From a virus (lineage: Duplodnaviria; Caudoviricetes): 52,572 nt of DNA. Where the stretch lies: positions 1 through 52,572 of IMG/VR virus record IMGVR_UViG_3300032308_000777. One strand, 5' to 3'. This document shows positions 36,213-45,371 of this stretch, piece after piece (position 1 is the stretch's first letter; each line of letters begins with the position of its first letter). The position numbers were made by a program, and so were the translations under genes. The notes below the pieces were generated by a model. That model had not been told where the DNA came from. It saw only the letters and a program-made list of their open reading frames with translations, and ran no database searches.

Positions 36213-37879
36213 TGGACTTCATGGACCTGATGAACAAGCTGTCCAAGCAGCAGCGCGAGAATGCCGTCCTTGTTGCCACTGCTGCGGCCAAGGCCGGTGT
36301 GGATCCGACCCTTGCTGTCGCCGTTGCCTACCAAGAAAGTCGATTGAACCTGAACCCCGCAAGAGGATCGTCTGGTGAAATCGGCATGATGCAGGTTATG
36401 CCGGCCACCGGCAAAGCCATAGGATTTGATGAGCAGGCGCTCTTGGACCCTCAGAAAAATATTGAGGCCGGCGTTGAGTATCTTCGGCGGGCTTTGGTCG
36501 CAACGGGGAACAATCCAAAACTGGCTGCCGCATACTACAACGGCGGCCCAGGGGCTCTGGAGGCCCTCAAGAGCGGCAAGGAGCCTGATCAAAGGGTGAT
36601 CAACTATGTGCGCTCTCTAAGCTCCTATGGTACTTTTGCAAATGCCCCGCAGGTCCAGCCAAATCCTTCAGGCTCTGATCAGGCAGCGCAGGCAAACCCG
36701 GCTGAAAAAAGACCCCCTGCGGCAGAGACCGACGATGAGATAAAGGGTACCCTGGATGACATGCGCCGAGAAGCTCTCGAACGCAGCGATTTGGATGCTC
36801 AGGAACGCAGACAGGCACAGCTTTACGGCGGAGGTGCCGGTGCAACAATATCCGCCGCAAAGGCGGCTGGTACCGCCGGTGGCTCTTTATTAAAGTCTGC
36901 GGCAAGGGCCTTAGAAGAGGGACGCCAGTCTGCCCGTGGTGCTCCGGTGGCTCCAGTTGCCCCTCCAACCGTTTCTGGGGCCTCTCCTGTCGCCCCTCCT
37001 AGATCACCAGCATCACCTGCCGGCGCAGCGCGGCTGACATCTCCTACGGGTGCGGCTGATGCCGGCAGGATGGCCGCCGGTCAGACCGGCACGATGCCGT
37101 ACAACTATGCCAAGGCAGCAGGCTTGACCGACATTGAGGCTGGCCGAGCTTTAGACATGACGAAGCAGACCGGAGGGGTTCATGACCTTACGACTCAGCG
37201 GCGAGAGGGCATGCAGAGAATTCAGCAGCTTTTCCCAGGAGAGAAGTATGTTGAGAATCCCCGCTTCGGTGGCCTTCTGACTCTTGACCAGGGCGCTGGC
37301 GGTGGTCCCCGGCAGTCCTTTGCTGTTCAGGGGCCTGTCCGTGACGTCCCCCCAGGTACGCTGATGGGGCCAGCCGCGCCGCCGCCTGAAGGCGCTCTTC
37401 GAGAGATTCCGCGCCGCGTACCGGTTCCGACCACAACGGCGCCACAGGCGCCGTCTGGCCTTGATCAGGTTTCGCAGAAATTCTCAAACATGATGAGGGC
37501 AACAGGCGCCGGCCTTGCGGCGGTCGGTCGATATATTGCTCCGCCTCTTACGGTAGCAAGCGCCGCCGGGGAGGGTGTGAACATCGCCCAGCAGTTACGC
37601 CGCCCCTCTTCTTCCGGTCTTGATGTGCTTGGCCAGTCCATGGTTGGAGCGCCACCGCAGCGTGACTACACCAGCATGGGGCTGAGTGGGTTGAACATTC
37701 TTGGTGCAGGTATGTCCTTGTTCCCGACAACCGCCGCAGTTGGCATCCCTTTGAGCCTTGGGACTGCTGCGGCACAGGCCTACAGGGACAATCCAGAGGC
37801 CAGGGAATTTATTCGTCGCAGGCTTCAAGAGGCCGGTCAGGCCCAGGCGTCTGACCCGATGACTGGATTCCCTTACTAA
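36212..37879 (+). CDS. Virion-associated lytic transglycosylase (SLT) protein
   Basis: AVAYQESR, GEIGMMQVMPAT, NIEAGVEYL, AAAYYNGGPG. Confidence 0.85.
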   Translation: MDFMDLMNKLSKQQRENAVLVATAAAKAGVDPTLAVAVAYQESRLNLNPARGSSGEIGMMQVMPATGKAIGFDEQALLDPQKNIEAGVEYLRRALVATGNNPKLAAAYYNGGPGALEALKSGKEPDQRVINYVRSLSSYGTFANAPQVQPNPSGSDQAAQANPAEKRPPAAETDDEIKGTLDDMRREALERSDLDAQERRQAQLYGGGAGATISAAKAAGTAGGSLLKSAARALEEGRQSARGAPVAPVAPPTVSGASPVAPPRSPASPAGAARLTSPTGAADAGRMAAGQTGTMPYNYAKAAGLTDIEAGRALDMTKQTGGVHDLTTQRREGMQRIQQLFPGEKYVENPRFGGLLTLDQGAGGGPRQSFAVQGPVRDVPPGTLMGPAAPPPEGALREIPRRVPVPTTTAPQAPSGLDQVSQKFSNMMRATGAGLAAVGRYIAPPLTVASAAGEGVNIAQQLRRPSSSGLDVLGQSMVGAPPQRDYTSMGLSGLNILGAGMSLFPTTAAVGIPLSLGTAAAQAYRDNPEAREFIRRRLQEAGQAQASDPMTGFPY

Positions 37880-37936
37880 TTCGAGCGTCTCTCCCGCTCG
37901 GATTGCCGTGACTTTGCAGTTGCCCACGGCATTCTT

Positions 37937-37970
37937 ACCCTTCCCTCCGTGTGGAGGGAGGGGGTTTTTT
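37937..37970 (+). terminator. Intrinsic terminator at the end of the late operon
   Basis: CCCTTCCCTCC-GTGT-GGAGGGAGGGG followed by a T-tract; between convergent genes. Confidence 0.85.
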
Positions 37971-38196
37971 ATGGCCTCTGATTCTCTAAAGAGCAGGCCA
38001 CCTCTCGGTTCATGTGGCTGACGATCTTGACGCATCGTTGGTGCTCCTGTCTTGCGATGAGCGGCCTGATGACCGCCTCGAGCTTCTGAGCAAACTGCAT
38101 GATGTCAACGTCGTCTGCGATCAGGGCGTCCTTGCGCTTTTCGTCGGAGTAGAAGAAGACCTGCTTGACCAGTTCTTCGGTGATACAGCTTTCCAT
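37969..38196 (-). CDS. Hypothetical protein (75 aa)
   Basis: GAGG RBS; last gene of the leftward operon. Confidence 0.65.
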   Translation of the reverse strand: MESCITEELVKQVFFYSDEKRKDALIADDVDIMQFAQKLEAVIRPLIARQEHQRCVKIVSHMNREVACSLENQRP

Positions 38197-38203
38197 TGGT
38201 TCC

Positions 38204-38977
38204 TCACTGGTGTTGATGTTTTAGTTGCCAGAACGATAAAAGGTGGGTGAACATCAACCAGCCTCGGTCGAGGTCTTCTGCGCTCCACTCCTTGACGACT
38301 GACAGCCCAAGCACGCTGCGCGATACAAAGACGTTCGCACACCGCGCCTTGGGGATGCCCAGGCCGACCCGGTAGGCCGACAATTGCATTAGATGGTCGT
38401 CGTACCCCTCAACCTTGTCCGGGTCGTCAAAGTCCTTAGTCTTGACGTCGGCCACGATGCCGTCGAAATCAGGCCTTCCAGGCGCATGAAGGTCGCACTT
38501 GCCACCAAACCCCATCTCATGGGCAAACGAGCGCTCTGCGACCCATCCATGCAGTCCAAAGTGGTTGTTGATGACCTTAGTGCAGCCCAGGACGTGCTCG
38601 TGGTGCTTGAAGACCGGATTGCCGTCATAGAAGCCCTGAATTGAGGCATGGATGTCGGTGCCGGCATCGGCCGCGGCGCGTCCTTGCTGCTTGCTGTCGT
38701 CAACGATGCGCTCGATCCAGTCGTCCTCCGGCTCGTCCTGGCGCCTGGGAAGCGTCAGGGCAGCCAGAAGGACTTGCTTTTGCAGCCACTGCATCAGGGC
38801 GGGCTTGGCGGCCACGTTCAGGACGGTAGTGACCGACGGCACGAGGTTGAGCTTTCGGGCGTCCCGGAGGGTGGTGTTCCTCTGCCCGCCCTTGGCCGCC
38901 TCGACCGTGTACATCGGCGCACCGTCTCGGGTGTACCAGTGGTTCGATTCGCTGGCGCGAGGTTCTTTTGCGATCAT
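38204..38977 (-). CDS. PD-(D/E)XK exonuclease (Cas4/lambda-exonuclease-like)
   Basis: PSVTTVL, GTDIH, GFGGKCDL, ADVKTK, QLSAY; GGAG RBS before ATG 38977. Confidence 0.85.
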   Translation of the reverse strand: MIAKEPRASESNHWYTRDGAPMYTVEAAKGGQRNTTLRDARKLNLVPSVTTVLNVAAKPALMQWLQKQVLLAALTLPRRQDEPEDDWIERIVDDSKQQGRAAADAGTDIHASIQGFYDGNPVFKHHEHVLGCTKVINNHFGLHGWVAERSFAHEMGFGGKCDLHAPGRPDFDGIVADVKTKDFDDPDKVEGYDDHLMQLSAYRVGLGIPKARCANVFVSRSVLGLSVVKEWSAEDLDRGWLMFTHLLSFWQLKHQHQ

Positions 38978-38990
38978 CAAAATACTCCAA

Positions 38991-39236
38991 TCATGCTGCT
39001 GCAAGCTTTTCCTGGCGGTTCTTCGCATGCCATGCCTTCATGTAGGCGGAACGCTTGGCCTTCATTTCTGGCGTCCACACCGCCTTCTTGCGCTCCTTCT
39101 TGACCTCCTTTGGGGTCTTGTCGGCCTTGACGATGGCACGAAGGTAGATCACCTCGGCGTTGATGTCTTGAACCAGTGAGGCCAAGCTCTTGATGTCGTT
39201 TTGCAGTTGCTCTTTTTCGCTTTTGGAAATAAACAT
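38991..39236 (-). CDS. Hypothetical protein (81 aa)
   Basis: AGGAG RBS; coiled coil and basic tail. Confidence 0.65.
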   Translation of the reverse strand: MFISKSEKEQLQNDIKSLASLVQDINAEVIYLRAIVKADKTPKEVKKERKKAVWTPEMKAKRSAYMKAWHAKNRQEKLAAA

Positions 39237-39245
39237 GTCGCTCTC

Positions 39246-39602
39246 CTATTTGTTGACGTTGGATCTCCACAGGGTGACATACATCCCGTGGACGGTTCTG
39301 CTTTCAGCCCTTACCGGGCCTACGGCGCTGACAATTCCCTCTTTCGAAGCCTTCTTCGCAATAAACCCCCAGGCTCTTTTGTCGGGGGGCGGTGGAACGT
39401 GCAGGCTGGCTGCACGCACTTGCTCGGTGGTGAACTCAAAGTTCATGCGGGCGAACTGGAGGAAGGACTCAAAAGCCAACTCCTTCCAGTTTTCCCCGGC
39501 GTGATCGGCCGCCACTTTAGCCATGGCGTGTCCGATCTCCAAGCCTGTAAACGGCCTGCCACCGAACATGTCGATGGTCAAATCGTCGCTTGGTATCTTC
39601 AT
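39246..39602 (-). CDS. Hypothetical protein (118 aa)
   Basis: MKIPSDD start next to the upstream stop; PPPPDKRAWG...TLWRS. Confidence 0.65.
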   Translation of the reverse strand: MKIPSDDLTIDMFGGRPFTGLEIGHAMAKVAADHAGENWKELAFESFLQFARMNFEFTTEQVRAASLHVPPPPDKRAWGFIAKKASKEGIVSAVGPVRAESRTVHGMYVTLWRSNVNK

Positions 39603-39603
39603 G

Positions 39604-40245
39604 TCAGAAGGGCACGTCGTCAGCCATATCGTCAAACCCAGAGCCTGACTTTGGTTTTGCTGCATACGCGGACCTCGATTGCCACTCGGGGCTCGACTGA
39701 ATTTTCTCTTGCAGGTTCCTGCTGAAGGTCTCAAACATTTCCATGTCGGGGCTGTCGATGTAGAACAGGCCAAGCTTGTTGAAGCCTTCCGGCAGGCCCG
39801 ACTTCTTGACCGAAGCCAGCACGGGGTTCACCGACATGATGTTGGTGTACTCCTTGCCATTGCTGCCGGCGGACTTTGCCACCGAGAGCATGGCCCAATG
39901 ACCGAGGATGTTCTTGAGTTCAAAGCCGCGAAGCTCGTCCGGAGTGAAGTCTCGGCCACGCCATGCCTGAAGATCCTTGCGCAGGGCGGCCTTCTCACCG
40001 AGAGAGAGGGTGTAGTTCTTCGAGATGCTCAGAGGCTCGCCTTTTTTCGTGATCAGAGGTTTTCCTTTCTCATCTTCACCGTGAACCTCAAAGTGCAACA
40101 TCACCTTGTGCAGGTGTTTGACCTCACCTTGCCACTCTGACTTTTGCGTGCCCAGGTCAACGATGCGGTAGCACCGTGCAAGATGCATACCTGGGGGCAC
40201 TGGGGTAAAGCTGCCTTCAGCGCTATCTTTCGCTACTAAACTCAT
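39604..40245 (-). CDS. Putative single-stranded DNA-binding protein
   Basis: PPGMHLARCYRIVDLGTQ; acidic C-terminal tip DDMADDVPF. Confidence 0.75.
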   Translation of the reverse strand: MSLVAKDSAEGSFTPVPPGMHLARCYRIVDLGTQKSEWQGEVKHLHKVMLHFEVHGEDEKGKPLITKKGEPLSISKNYTLSLGEKAALRKDLQAWRGRDFTPDELRGFELKNILGHWAMLSVAKSAGSNGKEYTNIMSVNPVLASVKKSGLPEGFNKLGLFYIDSPDMEMFETFSRNLQEKIQSSPEWQSRSAYAAKPKSGSGFDDMADDVPF

Positions 40246-40385
40246 TTCTTCTCTCCGGTTAGACCGCATTCATAGCGGATGGTTTTCCAGTCTTCGCTCG
40301 TAGCAGTTCCCGATTGAGCCCGTTCAAGGGCCTCCTCGAGCATTTGCATTCTTTCAAGCATGGCTTGGTGGTACTCGGGGCTCAT
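40242..40385 (-). CDS. Small hypothetical protein (47 aa, MSPEYHQAMLERMQMLEEAL...)
   Basis: Read by hand; ATGA overlaps at both ends. Confidence 0.65.
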   Translation of the reverse strand: MSPEYHQAMLERMQMLEEALERAQSGTATSEDWKTIRYECGLTGEKK

Positions 40386-40579
40386 GCGTCAACCCTTCTG
40401 CTGACGTAGGCCCTGATTCGGTCAATGAGGCCGGGCTTTTGCACCTGCCGCCGATAAAGCAGTGATGACTGAAGCAACTCCATGTCCCTGCTCATCGAAT
40501 AATTTTTCGGTGGCTCGTACATGCAGCCGATCTGCAAGCCTGTCTTTGTTGTGTATGGAACAACATTTCCTTTGTACAT
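40382..40579 (-). CDS. Hypothetical protein (65 aa)
   Basis: AAGGAG RBS; first gene after the leftward promoter. Confidence 0.65.
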   Translation of the reverse strand: MYKGNVVPYTTKTGLQIGCMYEPPKNYSMSRDMELLQSSLLYRRQVQKPGLIDRIRAYVSRRVDA

Positions 40580-40608
40580 CGCATCTCCTTCGCTGTTGGG
40601 GGAACCGC

Positions 40609-40637
40609 AGTGTATCGACTTTAACGCAGCGATACAA
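40609..40637 (-). promoter_or_regulatory. Leftward sigma70-type promoter
   Basis: TTGTAT-N17-TACACT on the minus strand. Confidence 0.65.
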
Positions 40638-40643
40638 CCCCCC

Positions 40644-40680
40644 TTGCAAAGCTTTTTTTTGGTTGTATGATGGCGTTACA
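40644..40680 (+). promoter_or_regulatory. Rightward sigma70-type promoter with overlapping palindromic operator
   Basis: TTGCAA-N16-TATGAT; TGTAT-N7-TTACA at 40664-40680. Confidence 0.6.
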
Positions 40681-40698
40681 ACAACCACTGGAGTCAGC

Positions 40699-40908
40699 AT
40701 GACATTAAAAGAGTATTTTGGAACCAAGAAGCTGGGGGCCAAGACTGAGATGGCCAAGGCTCTTGGCATCAGCCGAACGTGGCTGGCGCTGATCATCAAC
40801 GGTCAGAGGGTGCCCAGCGTAAACCTGAGCGTAGAGATTGAGCGCTACACGATTGGAAGGGTCAAGCGCAAGGATCTGCGCCCGGACGTGTTCGGAGCGA
40901 TAAAGTGA
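40699..40908 (+). CDS. Cro/YdaS-like HTH regulator
   Basis: EMAKALGISRTWL HTH; GRVKRKDLRPDVF; GGAG RBS. Confidence 0.8.
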   Translation: MTLKEYFGTKKLGAKTEMAKALGISRTWLALIINGQRVPSVNLSVEIERYTIGRVKRKDLRPDVFGAIK

Positions 40909-41564
40909 TTTGGTACAAATTCCACCTTGGTGACTACATCACCCACACCACGCATCTGAGCGATGCAGAGGACTTGGCTTACCGCCGCCTGCTGGATTTG
41001 TACTACATAAGCGAGCGTCCAATCCCACTCGATACCGAATCGGTTTCGCGCAAGATCCGCCTTGATTTGGACATAACCGAATCGGTTTTGGTGGAATTCT
41101 TTGAACGTACCGATGAGGGGTATCGAAACCATCGTTGTGATGCCGAAATCGGCAAATATCAGCGTCAGGTCGAGACCAACCGATCCCTCGGGAAGCGAGG
41201 CGGCAGGCCGAAGAAAACCGAATCGGAAACCGAATCGAAACCGAACACGAACCCTAAGAAGATACAGATAAAGAAAGAGAAAGACATATCGTCGGTTGCA
41301 CCGACTGCGTCCAGGTTTGAGGACTTTTGGTCAGTTTGGCCGAACAGCAAACGCAAAGTCGCTAAAACGGCCTGTAAGGCGAAATGGGACCGTCATGCAC
41401 TAGACCCCTTAGCCGACAAAATAATCGCCTCTGTGGCCCGTTTAAAGGCCTCTGAGCAGTGGTTATCGGGGTTTGAGCCGGCCCCGTTGACTTACATCAA
41501 CCAAAAACGGTGGGAAGATGAATCTGGAACCGAATCGGTTTCGATTGGAAGGAGAGTGATATGA
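40905..41564 (+). CDS. Replication initiator, DUF1376/YdaU-like
   Basis: WYKFHLGDY..HTTHLS..EDLAYRRLLDLYY; GKRGGRP; FEDFWSVWP; YINQKRWEDE; internal iterons. Confidence 0.85.
   Translation: MIWYKFHLGDYITHTTHLSDAEDLAYRRLLDLYYISERPIPLDTESVSRKIRLDLDITESVLVEFFERTDEGYRNHRCDAEIGKYQRQVETNRSLGKRGGRPKKTESETESKPNTNPKKIQIKKEKDISSVAPTASRFEDFWSVWPNSKRKVAKTACKAKWDRHALDPLADKIIASVARLKASEQWLSGFEPAPLTYINQKRWEDESGTESVSIGRRVI
41034..41540. repeat. Iteron-like (A)ACCGAATCG(GTT) repeats inside the initiator gene; probable origin
   Basis: Copies at 41034, 41075, 41215, 41227, 41238 (variant) and 41528. Confidence 0.7.
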
Positions 41565-41797
41565 GCGACAAAACAAGCGGGCCAGCGTTTCCAAGCCCTC
41601 GCTGGGAAGGTTGGGGGTCTCCACAAGAAGGCATGACCCTGCGTGACTACTTCGCCGCCAAGGCGATGCCGGCAACGATGACAGAGTTTGAAGACGGATG
41701 GAAGCAGCACGCTTATGAGTCGGAGACATTTTTGCAATGGGCCGCTGAACGCGCCTACGCTATGGCAGACGCCATGTTGAAGGCGAGGGAAAAGTGA
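41561..41797 (+). CDS. Hypothetical phage protein (GMTLRDYFAAKAM family)
   Basis: GPAFP...GMTLRDYFAAKAM...AYAMADAMLKAR. Confidence 0.8.
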   Translation: MSDKTSGPAFPSPRWEGWGSPQEGMTLRDYFAAKAMPATMTEFEDGWKQHAYESETFLQWAAERAYAMADAMLKAREK

Positions 41798-42216
41798 ACC
41801 CGGTCGAGAACCTGCTCCAGAGGCTTGAGAAGGTCAAGGGCCGCAATGGTTCATGGACTGCCCGATGCCCGGCGCACGACGACAAGGGCCCGTCCCTGGC
41901 CATCAAGGCCGCTGAAGACGGCAGGGTGCTGTTGCACTGCTTTGCAGGCTGTGACGTTCACTCGGTGGTCGGAGCGGTCGGCCTAGACATCGGAGACCTG
42001 TTTCCTCCCAAGGACTTTCCCGTCGATGGCAAGCCTGCGATCAAGCCGGCCTTCTACGCAAGCGACCTGATGCGCATCATCGGCTTTGAGGCCCTTGTGG
42101 TTCAGATCGTCGCCTTCGACATAGCCAACAACAAACCCATCAGCGAAGAAACCCGAGAGCGCATGCTCACGGCTTACCAGCGAATCGACGAAGCAATAAG
42201 GTACGCACATGTCTAA
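41794..42216 (+). CDS. Primase-type zinc-binding domain protein (no catalytic domain seen)
   Basis: WTARCPAHDDKGPSL...LLHCFAGC. Confidence 0.75.
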   Translation: MNPVENLLQRLEKVKGRNGSWTARCPAHDDKGPSLAIKAAEDGRVLLHCFAGCDVHSVVGAVGLDIGDLFPPKDFPVDGKPAIKPAFYASDLMRIIGFEALVVQIVAFDIANNKPISEETRERMLTAYQRIDEAIRYAHV

Positions 42217-43219
42217 CGTGAGCATGATTGAGCAGAGGGCGCGTCAACTGGACGAGGCCCGCAAGATCCGGATGATCAAGTCCGAGGACATCGACACCGA
42301 GAAGTACCTCAAAGCGAACGACGTCACCCACAAGGTGCATGAGGCGTCGGTCTGGCTCGAGGAGTTGCAGCAGGAGCTTATCCAGCCGCCGGAGCGTGAC
42401 CAGAGTTCGACCATGCCCTGGCCGAAGACCCACGAGGGTTTTAAGTTCCGCTCAGGCGAGGTGACCCTGTACGCGGGATCTAACGGTGGAGGCAAGTCCT
42501 TGATCACCGGGCAGGTGGCCATGAGCCTGATCAAGCAAGGGCAGCGGGTTTGCATCGCGTCCTTTGAGATGAAGCCCAAGCGCACGATCTACCGGATGCT
42601 GCGTCAGTTCGCTGGTGAGAACATCGAGTTCCCGAAGTACACCGACAAGGCCACCTACATCGGCCGGCTGCTGGAGCGGTTCACCCACTTCAGCCGCGGT
42701 GGGCTGTGGCTTTACGACCAGCAGGGGACTACGTCAAGTCAGCAGGTGATTGCGATGGCCCGGTACTGTGCGATGGAGCTTGACGTGCAGCATGTCTTTA
42801 TCGACTCGCTCATGAAGTGTGTCGCAGGGGAAGATGACTACAACGCCCAGAAGGCGTTCGTTGACGAGTTGACCGCCCTGGCCAGGGATCATCACATTCA
42901 CGTCCATTTGATCCACCACATCCGCAAGCTTGGCAATGAGGAGCAGATGCCTAGTAAGACCGACATCAAGGGCACTGGTGCGATTGCTGATCAAGTGGAC
43001 AACGTGCTGCTGATGTGGAGGAACAAGAAGAAGGAGCACGAGGTGCAGAACGGGAACACGCCCGATCCCCTCAAGCCCGATGCGATCTTGATGTGCGAGA
43101 AGCAGCGCAATGGGGAGGCAGAAGACTGGTACTCCCTGTGGTATCACAAGGACAGCCAGCAGTTCCTCGAGCACGACAACAGCGTGCCGATGGCGTTTGA
43201 TGCGGGGGGCAGGTTTTGA
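42209..43219 (+). CDS. DnaB/T7-gp4-like replicative helicase
   Basis: Walker A GSNGGGKS; SFEM; VFIDSL; HHIRK; KGTGAIADQVDNV; KQRNG. Confidence 0.9.
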   Translation: MSNVSMIEQRARQLDEARKIRMIKSEDIDTEKYLKANDVTHKVHEASVWLEELQQELIQPPERDQSSTMPWPKTHEGFKFRSGEVTLYAGSNGGGKSLITGQVAMSLIKQGQRVCIASFEMKPKRTIYRMLRQFAGENIEFPKYTDKATYIGRLLERFTHFSRGGLWLYDQQGTTSSQQVIAMARYCAMELDVQHVFIDSLMKCVAGEDDYNAQKAFVDELTALARDHHIHVHLIHHIRKLGNEEQMPSKTDIKGTGAIADQVDNVLLMWRNKKKEHEVQNGNTPDPLKPDAILMCEKQRNGEAEDWYSLWYHKDSQQFLEHDNSVPMAFDAGGRF

Positions 43220-43458
43220 ATGAAGATGAGCATCGCTACCGTTGTCTCGTTCGTTGGGTCATCAAGAAAAGGATTGAAGATCGTGATGGTGCGTACCGAT
43301 GGCTCAAGGGTTACGTTGATAAATATGGGAGGCGTATCAAAGGGTGGAATGACCTTCACCCCGAGTCCCGTCTTGAGACGGATGTTAGACTTGAATGGTC
43401 GCTCGGCAACAGGGGTGAAGATGGTGACTGGCGACAAGACAAAAAGGAGTCAACATGA
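43216..43458 (+). CDS. Hypothetical protein (80 aa)
   Basis: EHRYRCLVRWVI...EWSLGNRG; overlaps both neighbours. Confidence 0.65.
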   Translation: MNEDEHRYRCLVRWVIKKRIEDRDGAYRWLKGYVDKYGRRIKGWNDLHPESRLETDVRLEWSLGNRGEDGDWRQDKKEST

Positions 43459-44105
43459 AAATTGATAGAACCGGGATGAGATACGGAAATTTGGTTGTAG
43501 AGGGATGGTCCCACGCTCAGTACAGATCGCCGCGCCATGGCAGTTATCAGTTTTGGCTTTGTAGATGTGACTGTGGCAATTCCAAAATTGTGCTTGCCAA
43601 TAATTTGGTTAAAGGAAACACAAAAAGTTGTGGTTGCAAATCATCAAGATCTTCTTTTGGTCATCGCATCACAACTCACGGCATGTCTGGAACCAAGACA
43701 TACAAGTCGTGGCAAGCAATGAAAGACCGCTGCTATTCCGAATCACACATTGAGTACAAGCGATATGGTGCTGTTGGAATAAAAGTTTGCAAGAGGTGGC
43801 TTGACTCTTTTGAAAATTTTTTACAAGACATGGGCGAAAGACCAAATGGTATGTCTTTAGAAAGAAAAGATTCAAAGAAAAATTATTCACCGTCAAATTG
43901 TAAATGGGCTGATGTTTATGAACAAGCCAACAATAGGAGAAACAACAGAGTTATAACTTGTTTTGGCAAGACTCAAACTCTTGCACAATGGTCAAGGCAA
44001 ATTGGAGTTGGGGCCACCACCATTCATTTAAGAATTAAAAGAGGGTGGAGTGTAGAGATGGCATTAAATTTTAAGGAGAATGGAAATGAACATGGGAAAG
44101 CTTGA
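43455..44105 (+). CDS. Free-standing HNH homing endonuclease
   Basis: WLCRCDCG, TKSCGC, SWQAMKDRC, VCKRWLDSFENF, NYSPSNCKWA; AT-rich. Confidence 0.85.
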   Translation: MKIDRTGMRYGNLVVEGWSHAQYRSPRHGSYQFWLCRCDCGNSKIVLANNLVKGNTKSCGCKSSRSSFGHRITTHGMSGTKTYKSWQAMKDRCYSESHIEYKRYGAVGIKVCKRWLDSFENFLQDMGERPNGMSLERKDSKKNYSPSNCKWADVYEQANNRRNNRVITCFGKTQTLAQWSRQIGVGATTIHLRIKRGWSVEMALNFKENGNEHGKA

Positions 44106-44265
44106 ATGGAATCGAGAAGAGGGCGAGGGTATTGTTCTCTTCACGCCGAAATTTATGACTGAAGACTGGATCGTCCAGCTTGACTCACTGGTCGATTGGA
44201 TCAGGATCTTGCAGGACACCTACGACCAAATGCTTGAACAAATGCACGGAGATGATGATGAGTAA
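44086..44265 (+). CDS. Hypothetical protein
   Basis: AAGGAG RBS; operon context; exact start uncertain. Confidence 0.55.
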   Translation: MNMGKLEWNREEGEGIVLFTPKFMTEDWIVQLDSLVDWIRILQDTYDQMLEQMHGDDDE

Positions 44266-44542
44266 AGTTGAGTTGAGTGATTTTCAAAAGCGGTTTTTTG
44301 CGCAGGGCACTGGCCAGACGCTGTACACCGAGAAGGAGTTCAGCGAGGCCCTGGCTCAGGCCAAGGCGGAGATCATGGCCATCGCCATCCAGACGACAAA
44401 GCAGGCCATCATGATCGAGCGTCAGGCCTGTGCAGAGCTTGTTGCAGAGCTTGCGGCTATGGAGGATGAGGGTGAGACCTCTACCGCCTTGAATAACGCC
44501 GCACGGGCCATCCTGAACCGCATCCCAAGCCAACGTCAATAA
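44258..44542 (+). CDS. Hypothetical protein (ERxACA family)
   Basis: IERQACAELV motif; start among tandem ATGs. Confidence 0.6.
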   Translation: MSKVELSDFQKRFFAQGTGQTLYTEKEFSEALAQAKAEIMAIAIQTTKQAIMIERQACAELVAELAAMEDEGETSTALNNAARAILNRIPSQRQ

Positions 44543-44552
44543 GGAGATTGAA

Positions 44553-44834
44553 ATGAATCAAGCCCAAATTTTTCTGTTCGAAAAAACGTCAACTGAGTTG
44601 ATTGAGCAAGTTTTCAAAAAAGTCAACAAAGCAAGTGAGAAGTACGGTACAGATATGGCGTTTGCTTTGTTGGCAAATGTTGGGCAACTTGCTTGTGGGA
44701 TGGCCTTGTCTTTGCAGGAAGACATTGGAGGTGTAGAGGCCACGAAAGAGACTCACAAAAAAATTTGTGATGCTATCTGGGCCTCTTCTCAAAACTACAA
44801 AATGAAAAGGTCTAAGAGGAATGTAAATGGTTGA
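44553..44834 (+). CDS. Hypothetical protein, AT-rich
   Basis: TAAGGAG RBS; 93 aa. Confidence 0.6.
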   Translation: MNQAQIFLFEKTSTELIEQVFKKVNKASEKYGTDMAFALLANVGQLACGMALSLQEDIGGVEATKETHKKICDAIWASSQNYKMKRSKRNVNG

Positions 44835-45171
44835 CCTGACCCTGCCCTGGCCGCCGTCCACAAACACCTACTGGAGAACTTTCCAGGGGCGCATGATCAT
44901 CAGCGCAAAGGGGCGCGAGTACCGCAAGGCGGTGGCCGATCAGGTGCTGATACAGCGCGGGGCCAAGAACCTTGCCGGCAAGCTTGTGGTGGAGATCGAA
45001 GCCTGGAGGCCTGACAACCGCCGGCGCGATCTGGACAACCTTCTGAAGGCGGCGTTGGATGGCTGCACCCACGCGGGTGTATGGGAGGACGATAGCAACA
45101 TCGTCGACCTGAGAATTTATTGGGCCGAGCATATCGGCGGGATGATCAAAGTGCGCGTGAGGGAGCTATGA
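44827..45171 (+). CDS. rusA: RusA-like Holliday junction resolvase
   Basis: LPWPPSTNTYWR; RRDLDNLLKAALD; WEDDSNI. Confidence 0.9.
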   Translation: MVDLTLPWPPSTNTYWRTFQGRMIISAKGREYRKAVADQVLIQRGAKNLAGKLVVEIEAWRPDNRRRDLDNLLKAALDGCTHAGVWEDDSNIVDLRIYWAEHIGGMIKVRVREL

Positions 45172-45371
45172 GAGCAAAAAAAGTACGATGGTTTACCGGC
45201 ATGAAGGGTAAGGTCGGGATTGCTAAGGTGCTGACTGATGACGGTGACATTGAGTACCGCATCAGTGTTGTCGATGGCTTTCTGGAGCATATGGACGTGC
45301 AGCAGGTTGTGGCCTGGGGCGATCATTTCCCGCATGAGGCGGGCGACTTACTTTTCCCGGAGGAGCAATGA
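45168..45371 (+). CDS. Hypothetical protein (67 aa)
   Basis: ATGA overlaps; GAGGGAG RBS. Confidence 0.6.
   Translation: MRAKKVRWFTGMKGKVGIAKVLTDDGDIEYRISVVDGFLEHMDVQQVVAWGDHFPHEAGDLLFPEEQ

Noticed and set aside
37880-37935. tRNA gene
   Set aside because: No cloverleaf, T-loop GTTCRA or acceptor stem.
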